Source of the DNA: Antechinus flavipes
Lineage: Eukaryota
NCBI RefSeq assembly: GCF_016432865.1
Contig: NC_067398.1
Location: forward strand, 652,302,001 to 652,366,000
DNA length: 64,000 bases
Direction of reading: 5' to 3'
Shown: one piece after another, positions 43,248-56,620 of the stretch
Layout of the letters: each line of letters opens with the position of its first letter
Position numbering within the stretch: position 1 is the stretch's first letter
The notes under the pieces: generated by a model
Database searches by the model: none
Seen by the model: the letters and a program-made list of their open reading frames with translations, nothing else
What the model was told of the DNA's origin: nothing
Position numbers and translations under genes: made by a program

Positions 43248-43500
43248 CCCCATGAAAGGAATGTGATAGAAAGTATTAGTCAGATTTGTAGTTTGTTAAA
43301 TTCACCAGTTAATTCACATGGGATCACAACTTCATAAAAATTGTAAGTCATTTGAAGACAGAATCTGTCTAAGGCATCTTGTCCATTTATAGAAACACAA
43401 AGACCCTCAATAAATAGTTTTTGTTTGATAAATGGGATGAGTGTGTAAAGTTTTTACTTAGAATTTACCCTCTTCATGTCTTCAAAGACATCATATCTGT
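43248..43500 (+). pseudogene. Decayed zinc-finger repeats in the ZNF-B 3'UTR
   Basis: After TAA: PHE...SQICSLL (frameshift) HQLIHMG; further gatgagtgtgtaaag (DECVK) at ~43437. Confidence 0.55.
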
Positions 43501-44585
43501 CAAAAATCTTCCCATAGAACTTAGTGCCTTACAATTTGAAGGGAGATGAGGGGAAAGAACATTATCAGCAGTATGGTCTTGTGGAAATAGTGACTAGTGA
43601 TTCCTAAAGACTTGGCTTCAGGATACTAAATTCTGGTCCCAAATCTGTTACCAACATAAAGCATTTTAAACAACTTATTTTGATTTGTTTGGCCTCAGTT
43701 TGCAACTCCATAAATTGTGAGTACTAATACTTAATTCATTAACCTTACAGGGTTTTGTTTTGAGAGGTTTTTTTGTTTAAGAGTATTTTTATGCTTAAAG
43801 ATTCTGTAATTTTTTTTATTGTGTATCCTTCTTCACCAGAACAGAGCACTGTTGCTCTACAATTGAGTAGATGATTTTTGAGAATCCTGCCCTGTGTCCT
43901 TTACCTTTTAGCAATTTGGTGAAAATGAGCCAATCCAAATTAATTTGACTGGTTCTCAAACTAAAGACATGTAGTTTATCATGAGGACTATTCTCAAAGC
44001 CTTTTCCATTTGTTTGGCCCTATAAAAGCTAAGGCTTCATCTGTTCTTGAGCCTTCACAAATGTGGATTATCTCTGTCCTGTGAAGAGGAATCAAACTGA
44101 AATGGAGAAGAAAATGAGAAGAGATTAAAAAAATAAGTCACAAACACCTTATACATTATTATGGGATTGAAGTGGGTCAGAAGAGTAAAAAGGAAAGCTT
44201 TGGAGAGAAGAAACGTGAGAAATACTCAAAGAAATGTAAGTTGAAGTGAGAGAGGATAGCCAAAGTTTGAGTGAGACAGAATCAATATGTAGCTCCTGAA
44301 GCCAGCACAGAGTGTGGAACTTCCTAGTACTATATAATAAATGACATTGAATCATCCCAATAAAAATGAGGCCACTCAGAATTGGGGACAAATGTGAAAA
44401 ATAATCATTTTAAGGATTGCCCCCTCTCTGAAGCTGTTCTTGAATCCAACATGAAAATGATGTCTGACCTCCGTAGAGATTACTAGATATTTCTGTTTTA
44501 ATCTCTCCTTTATTTCAGTCACATTTTGTCATATTTATGTACGTGCCATAGCCTGCATATGTATATGCACTGGCACACAGATACA

Positions 44586-44593
<8 letters not shown>

Positions 44594-44648
<55 letters not shown>
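44594..44648. repeat. (TG)~27 microsatellite
   Basis: Uninterrupted TG run. Confidence 0.95.
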
Positions 44649-44650
<2 letters not shown>

Positions 44651-46394
44651 CCATTAGATTGTAAGCCCCTTGAGGGCAGGTTATCAATAGAGATGAATTA
44701 AATCATCTTTATCTCCAGTTCTCAACCCAGTGCCGATACAAAAATATGTATTAAATAAATGTTCATTGAATTGCATATTTTTTTCAAATATATAGCAGCT
44801 ACATCAAGAAGGACTTCTATATGGAAACTTTCAGTTAATTAATCACTGAATAAGTTAATAGGCATTTATTTTTCAGTTTTTATTAGAGGCTTAATAATTT
44901 TTTCTGTCCTTCCCACCACTTCTCATAACATTTTAATGGGAGAAAATGATTTTAGATCTAGAACAACCTTTGAGATCATTTATTTAGTCTAACCCCTTCA
45001 TTTTTTTTCTATAAGGAAGCTAAAGCATGTAAATGTAACAGTTCATTATGGTGAAAAGAATATTGGATTCGGAATCAGAGAACATGGATTTGAGTTCCTT
45101 TGCTACTACTTGCTACATATGTGATCTTGGATAGTCGCATTACTTCTGTGGGACTCAGTTTCTTCATCTGTAAAATGAGTATGAACTAGGTAATCTATAA
45201 AGACTTTTCCAACTTTTACTTTGTGATCCTAGATTAAGTAATTGGTTCAACATTAGAAAGATAATCAGAAGTCAGTTACAGAGTCTCAACTGTAATCCAA
45301 GATTCTTTGCATTACAGTGTCATTCTTTAACAGCGTTTTTTACCAATAGGTTGGGAACAATGTCCTGATTAAGTTAGTTAAATGTTCCAGAGCTGACACT
45401 CTGGTTTATTTGGATGTATCAAAAGCCAGCATGCTTTGGAAAGAGAAATGGCCTTGAAAGTCAGAGAAATGAGTATTTAAGTCCTCAGTTTAATTATTGA
45501 TTATATAGGATTTCTCTGACCCTTCACTTCATCTCCAAAATGATAATATTTGTACATGTACTACCTAATGTTATGTGAGAAATACTTTGTAAAACTGAAA
45601 TCCCAGTGTAAGTATAAGTCCCCCCCCCTTTTTTTTTTTTATGAAACATGAACCAAAGAGTCAGGATCTCAGAAGCTGGGTATCCTAAGGTTTGGTGTCC
45701 AAAGATATTCATAGAGAAATGCACAAAAATGCTGAGCACTCACAGTTCATGCTTAGTATAAGCCTATCTAATAACCTCATGGGATTTCTAGCACAGCCAT
45801 CATAGACATAGACAAAACAGAAACCAATCCTTGAGCAGAACAGAAAAGATAAGATAGGAATGGTTTGGGCATTTACACATGGCCTTTAGGAAGTAGTTTC
45901 TGAAGCATGTAGAAAATAGTGCTCTGTCCCTGACACCAAGAAAAGACAGAAGAATTGGCTTAAAAGTTTAGTCATGCCTTATAGGCCAAGGATCCTGTGT
46001 TTGATAGAAATACAATGGCTAGATCTTATACAGTTGTAATCTAATAACAGTTGATAGTTAGCCCTTTATGGTTTGCAAAGTATTTTATATACATCTCCAC
46101 ATCTCTTTGTTAATAAATGCTTAATATCCAACTACATTTTATTTCCTGAGCTCCAGCTCCTTCTCACCAATTTCCTTTTGAACTGGATGTCCTGTAGACA
46201 TTTGAAACTCAACATATTTAAAATAAAACTCATTTATCTTTCTCTGCAGACCAACTTTTCTTTCAGCTACCTTCTGTTGAGGACATCACCCTTCTTCAGT
46301 CTCCCAAGGTTGCAATTTCATAATGATCCTTAGTTTTTAACTCAACCTCATCCCACACATTGAATCAGTTGCCAGATCTTATTTATATCTTCTT

Positions 46395-46565
46395 TTTTTT
46401 AAATTTTTATTTAATAATTACTTTATATTGACAGAATCCATGCCAGGGTAATTTTTTTACAACATTATTCCTTGCACTCGTTTCTGTTCCAATTTTTCCC
46501 CTCCCTCCTCCCACCCCCTCCCCTAGATGGCAAGCAGTCCTATATATGTTAGATATGTTGCAGCA
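46395..46565 (-). mobile_element. Short LINE-1 3' end
   Basis: T-rich tail then ccatgccagggtaattttt...cccctagatggcaagcag. Confidence 0.7.
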
Positions 46566-46826
46566 TCTTATTTCTATCTTCACAACATCTTGTATCCATC
46601 CCCCTTTCACTACTCATACAGTCATTACTTTAGTTAAGGCTCTTATCAACTCTTTCCCAGACTATTGCAATGACCTCCTAATTGATAATTCTACATCATG
46701 TCCTCTACTCCAGTCCATCTTCCATGTAGGTACTAACTTAACAATTTTTTGCTTCTTATTATAAACTGTACATCAACAAATACATTTCAGTATGCAAAGA
46801 AAAACTGAGGGTTATAGATAAAATTA

Positions 46827-46971
46827 TTTTTTTTTTTTTGCTAAGGCAATTGGGGTTAAGTGACTTGCCCAGAGTCACACAGATAGCGGTATTAAGTGTC
46901 TGAGGTCGGATTTGAACTTAGGTCTTCCTTACTTCAGATCTGGTACACTATCTACTTCGTCATTTAGCTGC
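46827..46971 (-). mobile_element. WSINE1-like SINE
   Basis: Reverse complement of the 28463 element (T tail, ggcaattggggttaagtgacttgccc, tttgaact); ataaaattatt on both flanks. Confidence 0.85.
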
Positions 46972-48882
46972 TATATATATAAAATTATTAATTTCTGTTT
47001 ATTTTCTTCTCATGACATTTTTTTCCTTCAGTATTCACACTTAACATAGTACTCTAATGCTACCTTTCTTGTCTACATTTTCTTCATTTTGCTCTTTTAT
47101 TTTTTGAAACAATTCATTGACTTTTACCCCATCTCCCTCCTGACTTCCCTTGTCACAAGAAGAAAAATGAAAGTTATCCCTGATAATAGATAAATATAAT
47201 CACCCAAAGCAAATATACACATCTGTCTATATATTGAGAAAATATGTCATTTAGGACTTCTGTCTATTTAATTTTGGCATCTCTGTGCCAAGAAGTGGGA
47301 GACATAGTTCATTATCAGTTTTTTGAACCATATTTGATCATTGTGTTGGTCAAAGTTCTTAAGTCTCATTTTTTCTTTACAATACTGTAGCTATTATATA
47401 AATTGTGGGTTGGGGTCTGCTCACTTCTCTATGTAGTAGCTCATACAAAATCAACCCAAGCTTCTTTGAAGTAATTTTTTTCATAATTTTAAACATAAAA
47501 TACATTACATTCATATACTATAATTTAGCCATTCCCCATTCCGTACATAGTTATTTACAACAACAAAATGTGTGTTTATAAATATTTTTGTCTAAGTATC
47601 CCTTTCCTTTCTTATTGGGTCAAATATGCAGAGGTTAGTGATTTTATGGTTGTAGTTTCTAGAATATCAAAGTGATTTCCCTAAACCATATGTCTGTAGG
47701 TAACTCCTCTATTCTCATGGTTCTCTATTGATTCCCTAATCTAAAATAGAACTTCCTGTGTTTGATTTAAAACTTTTTACAACCTGGCGCCATCCTGCTG
47801 TTCCTGCCTCCTTACACAATACTCGTCTTCCTGTATTCTATGACAGAGGTGCCAAACTTACAAGAAAACTACATTTTCATGAAGCATAATGGAAATGGAA
47901 AATGTTTAACAAAATAAACAAAAATATATCAATAGTATTAACTTGCAGCTTTGTATGTAAACACATGGTCTGCAAGTGCTCCTTTTCTATTTGAGGACCT
48001 TCTTTCTGTTTCTTACATTTAGTACTTATTTTAGTACATTCTTACATTTAGTAACTTATCACCTGTCTCCAGACCTTTATACCAGCTGTCTTCCATACCT
48101 GGAATACAGTCCTTCTACAGCTCTCCATCATGGAATCCATAACTTGTTCCAAGATTCACCTCAAATACTACCTTCCACATTAAGCTCCTTGATCTATCCA
48201 ACACCTTCCTTATATTATATTGTATTTATTTTGAATATACTTATGTATGCACATATTGACTCCATAGAATGCAAGCTCCTTGAAAGCAAGAACTTTCCCC
48301 CTTGTCTGTGTAACCCCAGTGTAATCCCAATAGTAGATAATTATTAAATACTTCTTGATCATTTAATTGATTAGCCTTACCATTTATAGGAGAAGATGAA
48401 TGAGGATATGAACAATTTTAAAAAGTGAAGATCCGAAAGGAAGTGAGGAAGTCAGATCAGATAGTTTTAGGGCTCCTCAGTTCTAGTCTGTTCTTAATCT
48501 TTCTACTCCATTCATCTCCATCCCATCTCGCTCCTTTTCTTCAGTGTCAAAAATGAAAAAATGATCTATATCCAATTCCTTTCTTTTCTACTACTTATTC
48601 TCTCTTGAATCAACCTCTTGCAATAAAGCTTCCACCCTACAATGCTAATGAAATGGCTCTTTCAAAAGTGTCCTCCTAATCACCAAATCCAATGGCTTCT
48701 TCTCAGTCCTCACCTTACCTGACTCCGCTGCAGCTTTTGATTCGGCCATTCCCTCCTACTTGATCCTTAATCTTCTGGTTTTTAAGAAACTACACTCTGT
48801 GGTACCTCCAGAAAAAACAATGGATTAAAAGTAAGAAGACACAAGTCTTAATCTCAGAACATTTTATACTGTGTAAGTTGAG

Positions 48883-49074
48883 ACCCTCTCCTCAAACTTT
48901 TTAAATAGGGGGCCAGTTCACTGTCCCTCAGACTGTTGGAGGGCCGGACTGTAGTAAAAACAAAAACTTTGTTTTGTGGGCCTTTAAATAAAGAAACTCC
49001 ATGGTCCTGGGTGAGGGGGATAATCGTCCTCAGCTGCCGCATCTGGCCCACTGGCCGTAGTTTGAGGACCCCTG
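48883..49074. mobile_element. OC1 (OposCharlie1)-like hAT MITE inserted in a MIR
   Basis: Right TIR agtttgaggacccctg intact; left TIR reduced to tcctcaaact; internal ...gggggccagttcactgtccctcagactgttggagggccggact... recognised as OC1/hAT2-type non-autonomous sequence. Confidence 0.7.
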
Positions 49075-49429
49075 CTCTAACTTCTTTATCTATAAAATGA
49101 GGATGGTTTAGATGATTGCTAAAAGCTCTCTCTTCTAACTAGAAAACTGATGTTCCTATCTCTTAACCACTTCTTTTTTGTCTCTTTTTCTTTTCTTTTT
49201 TTGCTAACTTACTTCATCTTTTCTCCAGACTTTAATGTAAGTGCTACCCTAGGGTCTGTCCGAGGTGTTATGTGCTTTCTCTAGATTCTCCCTTGGCAAT
49301 CTTATTGTCTACTACCACTGCTTCTATACAGATGACTTCCAAATTTAAATCTCTATTTCCATGGCTGAGCTTTAGACTTTTAAATATGCATACATAAATG
49401 TGCAAAGTATCAAAAACAAGCAGATGAAC

Positions 49430-51360
49430 TAAAGGCCCTAATTCAAAGAGACAAATATGATACCATGGATATTATTGCTAAGATGTGGGAAGGATAAAAT
49501 TCATGACTGAATCATGGCTGTGGATGAGTGTATCTTACTCATAAGAAACAGAATGGGTTAGAGGTAGAATGAGATAATATATATACTCATGAAGATATCC
49601 AGAAATCAAAGGAGAAGCATGGAAGAAGGCACTTGATTAAAGATCATTAAAGAGAGAAATGAATGATTTTGTGTTCAAAGTATGCTATAGAACACTTGGA
49701 AAGAAAGAGGAAATAAAATGTTTGGGAAATAGATAACAAAATTATCATAGAGATATAATATAGTAGTGACAACTTGACTTATTCAGACATTTCCTATGCC
49801 AAAAATAGCAACTAAAAATTTCTTGACCTAATGATAATTTCAGCCTTGAAAAGATAGAACTACCAATAAGAAGAGATTCTCTTCTAGATCTGATTTTTAT
49901 TAATTGTGAGGAACTAGCTGTTGGGGAGTAAATTTTTATTATTTTTTTATTATAGCTTTTTATTTACAAGATATATGCATGGGTAATTTTTCGCATTGAC
50001 CTTTGCAAAACCTTCTGTTCCAACTTTTCTCCTCTTTCCCCCCCTTTTGTCCCCCCCTTTTTACCTCCCCCTCCCCCGATGGCAGGTAGACATACATGTT
50101 AAATATATTAAAGTATATGTTAAATACAATATATGTATACATATCCATACAGTTATTTTGCTGCACAAGAAGAATAGGACTTTGAAATAATGTAAAATTA
50201 ACCTAAGAGGAAATTAAAAATGCAAGTGGACAAAAACAGAGAAATTGGAAATGCTATGTAGAGGTTCATATGCATTTCCCAGAGTTCTTTCGCTAGGTGT
50301 AGCTGATTATATTCATTATTGAACAAATGGAAGTGATTTGGTTCATCTCATTGTTGAAGAGAGCCATGTTAATTAGAATTGATCATATAGTATTGTTGTT
50401 GAAGTATATAATGATTGGGGATTTTTAAAAGAATATATGGAAAGCAAAAGTAAGGGCAGGTAACTGGATAGATTTAAAAGCTTGGTACAGTTTTATAGGA
50501 GATGTCAGAAATGCTCAAACATAAATTTCCAAATTTCTCAGCTCTCAGGCAAAATTAGGGAGAGCAAAAGGGTTTGGAATTTTTAAAGGCCATATTATGG
50601 GAAAAAAAATTAAAGAAGAGGAAGAACTGTTGCTAAGATAAATGGGAAAATAATAGCTGACAGCAAAGCAAAGGCAAAAACACTCAGTTAACATTTGCTT
50701 CTGTTCTCTGCCATGAAGAATGATCCTTGAACTGGAAAGGACAGGATAAAAATGGCTAATAAGACTGAATCTAATTAAGTTTAATTCAGTGGAGATAAAA
50801 GTCAAGTCTCAAAGTTATATACAAAGAAATTCAATTTCACAAGTATAAGATGGGAGAGATTCTAGTGAGCTATTCTAAAAGATGTGGAAGTCTCTAATAT
50901 GTTGCATACTCTTTGAATCAGCAATGAGATATTAAAGCCATAAAAGTTCATGAAGCCTGTGGCTACATTAAGAGAAATAGCCTTTAGGAATCAGGAGTTA
51001 GTCCATGCCCTTATTAGACTTTGTCTGGAATATCACGTTCATGTAATAGTTTGAGGACACCAAGAAGTTAGAGAATCTTCAGAGGAGCACAACCAGACTA
51101 CTAAAGGGCCTTACCATATCATATGAGGCCTGGGTGAACATGAAGAAAAGAAGGCTCAGAAAAGACATATTAAATATTTTCAAATATCTGAAGGGCTGTC
51201 CTACAGGAGAATGGTAAGACTTGTTCTTGGTGTCAGACAGAAGAACCAACTACAAGGATGAGTAGACGTTGCAAAAAAGGGCAGATTTAAGTTTTAATAT
51301 CTTAAATGATCTGTCTAAAAGTGGAAAGGGTTGCCTGAAGTGATGGATTCTTCCTCAAAG
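49430..51360 (+). mobile_element. CR1/L3 fragments split by an L1 3' end (49935-50420, minus)
   Basis: L3-like ORF2 and 3' end (gaagaaaagaaggctcag...ttcaaatatctgaagggctgtc) on both sides of an L1 3'UTR. Confidence 0.65.
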
Positions 51361-54300
51361 TCTTCAAGCTGAAGCTAAGTAATCAATCTATCAAACAAAA
51401 ATCATTTATTAAGCACTTACTACATGCTAGTCACTGTGCTAAGTGTGTCAAGAGAGAAAGATTTTTTTAAAAAGTCTATCTTTAGGGAGCTAACATTCTA
51501 ATTCGCGAGACATGTAAATAAAAGAAATTAACTGTAAGTAGAATGTACTCTTAGGAAGATGTTAGTAACAAAGAGGCCATCCTCTAGATGGTAAAATTTG
51601 AGTTGCAATTAAAAGGAGCCACAAGAAATTTTAAGAGGCTGAAAGAAGGAAAGCATTCTAAACAGAAGAGTGCAAAGGCATTGAATAGCCATTTCTCAAG
51701 ATTTTATATTGGCGATTCCTTTTGAATATGGAATGGACTAAGTAGCCATTGACTATTCTTTGATCTTGATTATAACATCCATTATCTTTACTGTACTACA
51801 TATTTCCTATCTAATCCTATCTTCAAGATTTCCTGTTTCTTTTGAGGACATTGCCATGGACCTAGTCACCTCAGTTCACAACTTAATTTATTTCTTCTCT
51901 CATTTACAATTCTACCTCTACAGGTTCTATCTTCTGTCTTTTCTCAGTTTACCTGGCCATTCTTACTGGCCATATCCTCAAAACCTCTAGGACTATTACA
52001 ATAACTTCTTAATCTCCCTTCTTCTAGCTTCTCCTGCTCAATCCATTCTCCCTGCAGTTGCCAAGACACAGGTCTGACCATATCACATCCCTGGTCAAAA
52101 ATCTTCAACTCTCCATTGCCTCTAAAATAAAATGCAAACTCTCTATGTTGGCATTTAATATCCTCCACAATTTGGCTCCTACCTGTCCAGACTTACTTTG
52201 TAATACTCCCTTTCATATACTCTACCTTCCTGCTAAATTGGCTAGCTGTTATCCTGAACTTCACATTCCACTTCCCTCCTTTGCACAGACTGTCCCTCAT
52301 GCCTAGAATGTTACTCCCTCACCTCCTAAGGGAAGCTGTTCGTTCCTTCTCCCAGGTTTTCTCATATATATATATATCCTTTAGAGCTGTCTCAGGTTCA
52401 AGGCATACTTGAGGAAGATGTGGTCTGCTGTGACAGAAATCAATTTCTCCCTCAGAGATATTTATCTTTCTCTCTATCCTGAGGAGTAAGTGACTTGCCT
52501 AGGGTCACACAGCTAGGAAGTGTTAAGTGACTGAGGTCAAGTCCTCCTGACTTCAGGGTTGGTGCTCTGTCCCCTGCATCACCTACCTGCCCTTCTTGTT
52601 TATTTCAAGACAGGTCAGATTTCACCTTCTGATGGAGGTTTTTCTTGATCTCTAACTAACCACCCACCTACTGCCAATGCCTTCCACTTCCACTATATAT
52701 TATCTTATATTTATATCTAAACATAATTGTTTGAATGTTTTCTCCTTTATCAAAACATGAACTCTTTGAGGACCGATACTGTGTTTTTGCCTTTCTGTCT
52801 TTTCCTATTGCTTAGTACAAGGTCTGTAAATACACAGTAAATGCTTGGGAGACCAACTGGAGAATACATTAACTCAAAGCAAAAGGCATTACTTGAAATG
52901 AAAAGCAAAGTGGGTAACAAAGGGCTAAATGAAGCAAAAAATGGTCTTGACACCCAATTCCTTCCTACATTCAAGTATGGAAAGAGGGCATTGGTGCTGG
53001 TCTTAATTTCTACCTTGAAGTTATAGAAGGAAGAGATATACAAGTCATTCCAGTGGGGTGTTTTAGGTAAGTGTTTACAGTAGCAGCAGAGAGTTTACTG
53101 GATTTCAGCTCCATTTTGGACAATCTCATTTTGATTTTGTTGTTTTTGCTGCCCTTCTTCCTTCCTCCCCCTATTGATATAGGGAATTGGAAAATCAACT
53201 AATAAGCTGCTACTCATATTCTGCATGATTCTCCCTAGTTTAGTCCTCTTTCACTCTTGACCTGCCAGGATAGAGTATTGATCCACAGGTTCTGAGTGTC
53301 CCAAGATGCTTTCTTCTCTGCTGGCCTCACACCCCTACTTCTTGGGTCAGGATTCAATTCACTGTATTGCAGGCTATGGCAGAGTGGGCAGCTCTTCCCT
53401 TTGTCTCTGTAACTCTGTTTCTTTTTCTGTTGTCTTCTGTAGAACAGTTTGACTTGAAAAATAGTAGGTTCTTCATCAATGGAGGTCTTCAAGCAGAGGT
53501 GGTATGACTATTTTTGAGCTCTTTCTAGGATCTAGCTGTCTTGGTTAACTGAATAGATGCAAACTAGCTTACTTAGCCCCCTCTGTCTTGGTGGTTCCAG
53601 ATTCCTGGATCTTTACATCTTTTTCAGCTTTCACCTGTGCCATCTCACCATCTGCCTTCCCAGCTCTCTATTCATGTTATCTCATTATCTTCCTTCATAC
53701 TTCTGTATTTATCCCCATCTGGATTAGCACCCTACCCATCAGACCTAGACCCCTGTACTCTACACTTCCAGAATTTCTGTCACCAGACCCTGAGAAAGTT
53801 AATCTGATCATCTTTAGAATTCCTGCCTTATAAGCCCAGACTTCTTGTTTAGGTACCATATTCCTCTTAAGTGGGTAGACTAGCCTACTATGTCACCTTC
53901 TCATCCAACTATTCACCTAAGCTATCTCTACTTACTTGCTGATAAGGTAATTTTAGGCAAAGTAATAAAGTCAATAGTATCATTGATTCTGGAAAGTGTC
54001 AGCTAACTGCCCAATGGATCAGTTTACCATCCCTGGAACTTTGCAGACCATCATTCCCTTCCTTGGCCACCACTTTTATATATGTACATAATATTATAGT
54101 GTAAGGTACTTAAGAGTAGAGATTGTTCCCCATACTTGTATCTCCAGTGCTTATGACAATGCTTGACACACAATACTTATTAAACTCTTTTTCATCCAAT
54201 CATTAATGTTGTAGAAGTTATTGCTCTGATATAGATTGGACTAATTGATCTCTGAGGTTCCTTCTAATTTTTAGAATCTGGTTCTGTAACTCTTAGCCTG

Positions 54301-54503
54301 ACATTTCAGGGCTTTCCCAGTAAGATCCCTACCTTTCCAACCATATTTCATGACACTCCTTTGCAAACTCTTTGATTAAGCCCAACTGGACATCCATTTT
54401 CTTGTCAGCATGCTACAAACTTCAGCTTTGCATTTTGATTCTGTGCAAAATCATTTAAACTCTTGAGAATGTATGAGTTATTATTCTTAAAAACCAACTG
54501 AAT

Positions 54504-54676
54504 TGGGGCAGTTAGGTGGTTCAGTGGATAGAATACCAGCCGTGAAGTCAGGAGGATCTGAGTTCAAATCTGATCTCAGACACTTAACACTTCCTAACTA
54601 ACTATGTGACCCTGGACAAGTCACTTAACCTCAATTGCCTCAGCACATAACCAAAAAAAAAAAAAAACACAAAACA
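54504..54676 (+). mobile_element. WSINE1-like SINE, with TSD
   Basis: A/B boxes, poly-A tail; 15-bp TSD aaaaaccaactgaat at 54489-54503 and 54677-54691. Confidence 0.9.
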
Positions 54677-55479
54677 AAAAACCAACTGAATCTTCTGAGG
54701 CTTATTATACATATTATACATATAATGGGGATTCATTTGGCCCCATTGGCTAGCCCCTCCCCCCCAAACACATTACTTCCCTCCTTACAATCTTTGGCCC
54801 AGCCAAAATAGCCTTTGGTGTTCCTCTCACACAAGATAAATCATCTCTTCCCGGAATGCATTTCTTTCCCTCTCTCAGAATTCCTGATTTCTATCATCTT
54901 TCCTTAAGAGTTACCCTCTACTTGAAATCTTGTCCAACTTCCCCAACTGCTAGTACCTCTCCACCAAAATCACTCTAGACTTAGTTTGGGTATATTTATG
55001 GGTATATGGGTATACTTATGTGTCTCACTTGCTGAGTCAGGCAATAATGATTCAATAATCATTTAAGTGCCTACTTATATGACATGCACCAGGCTAATCT
55101 CTAGGAATACAAATTAAAGCCAAAAAAAAAAAAAAAGCCCCTTCCCTGAAGGAACTTATGGAAACAAACAATTTAGGTTCCAAATATGGCTATTAGATGG
55201 AAAGACATCTGAAATAGGAAGACATTGTAATCTAAGCCCCTTTAGAACAGACTGATTTTGTGTGTGTGTCCCTAGCTGAGGCCAGAGTGCCTGTCACAGC
55301 AAATTGATTAAACAAGCTTACTAGGCCCTAAGGATTAATTAAAATATGTTTTCCTGGAAGCTTTCTGGTTCAGTCCCCCTTCTGAGCTCACCGATTGATT
55401 ATCTTAAAACTTCTTCAAGAACCCTTGTGATTCTCTTCGCCTTCTGATTATGATACTCTCTTCCACTTCCATGCAGCCT

Positions 55480-56620
55480 TCTTACATTTCGCAGCACTTC
55501 TCTCCCCCGCCCCCCTTTTGATTCGGTGACGCTGGCCAAGCTGCTCCCAGAGTCTCCACTGGCTCTCCCCCAAGTCTGGAACGCTTTCTCCCTCCTCAGC
55601 CCGGCTACCTGGCTGCTCTGGCTAAGCAGCCTTGCCCAGTCCTGGTTCTTTCTCTCGGAGATTCTCGCTCCCGCTCCTTCCTCTGCCTTTGGTACACAGC
55701 TGTCTGCATGTTCTCCCCCCTCCCCTGCCCCATGAGATTCTGAGGTTAAGGAGAAGAATTGTTTCGGGTACACCCGAGCTTAGCCCGGAGCCCGGCTCAT
55801 GGCAGGGGCGCGCTTCATTTGCTAATTGGCTAACATAACTCGTTGTGCAGCTCCGTCAAGTATCTCTCAGGCAATACTGGGCACGATACCAATCTTACTG
55901 ATCGGTCCGTGAGCTCTCGCAAGGCGACCAGGTCTGTCCCCTGGTGCTCAGCAAAGCGCTCCGCACCCATCAGGCACTTAAAAATATTTCCCGGGGAAGT
56001 GAGCGACTGTTGCCCCTCTTCGCGGTCTCTCTCACTGGTGGTCTCCAGAGCCCGGGCCTCTGGCCCCCCGAGAGTCTCGGGGCTCCGGATCGGCCTCTGT
56101 CATCCAGACGGCACCAGGTTCTGCTCTTCACACTAGGTGTCGCTACGACCCCCTCCAGAGAAGGCGTTAAAAGAGCAGAACTGCACTCACACCCTCACTT
56201 CTCCTCCCCTCCACATAGCCACGTGTCGAAGCAAGGGCCCGCCCACCACGCTCTGCGCAGGCCCGGCCAAGGACGGGCGGACAGACCACCGAGACTGGGA
56301 GTCCTCCCTACAGCCTATTGAGGCCCTAGGCGCATTCCGATCTAGGATTGGGCAGCACCCCCAAGGGGGGCGGGAATCTGGGGCGACACTTCCGGTCCGG
56401 GAGATCAGCCTCTCTCCGTGGGGGCGGTTCGGGGTCCAGTGGGGCCGGTCTGTGTCCACCGCCTCGGTCCCCGGCGCGGCCCCGGAGCGGAGGGTGAGTC
56501 CTGGCCGGCCCCAGACGTGGAGGGGTAAGAGGAAGAGTCCGGGAGGGTCTGGGGTCCCCTCCCTTGCCTCCGTCCTCTCCAGTCCCCTTTTCTCCGTCGC
56601 CTCCCCCCCCCCCGATTTCC
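55480..56620 (+). promoter_or_regulatory. CpG island promoter of ZNF-C
   Basis: E-box CACGTG 56220-56225, GC boxes, inverted CCAAT ~56347, ETS ACTTCCGGT 56388-56396. Confidence 0.8.
56390..56493 (+). other. First exon of ZNF-C (start approximate)
   Basis: Donor GAGCGGAGG|gtgagtcctgg. Confidence 0.7.

Noticed and set aside
51826-51870. PVSFEDIAMDL, resembling a KRAB-A start
   Set aside because: No EEW/LY.DVMLENY continuation, no fitting splice sites, adjacent to L2 sequence, and downstream of the ZNF-B finger exon.
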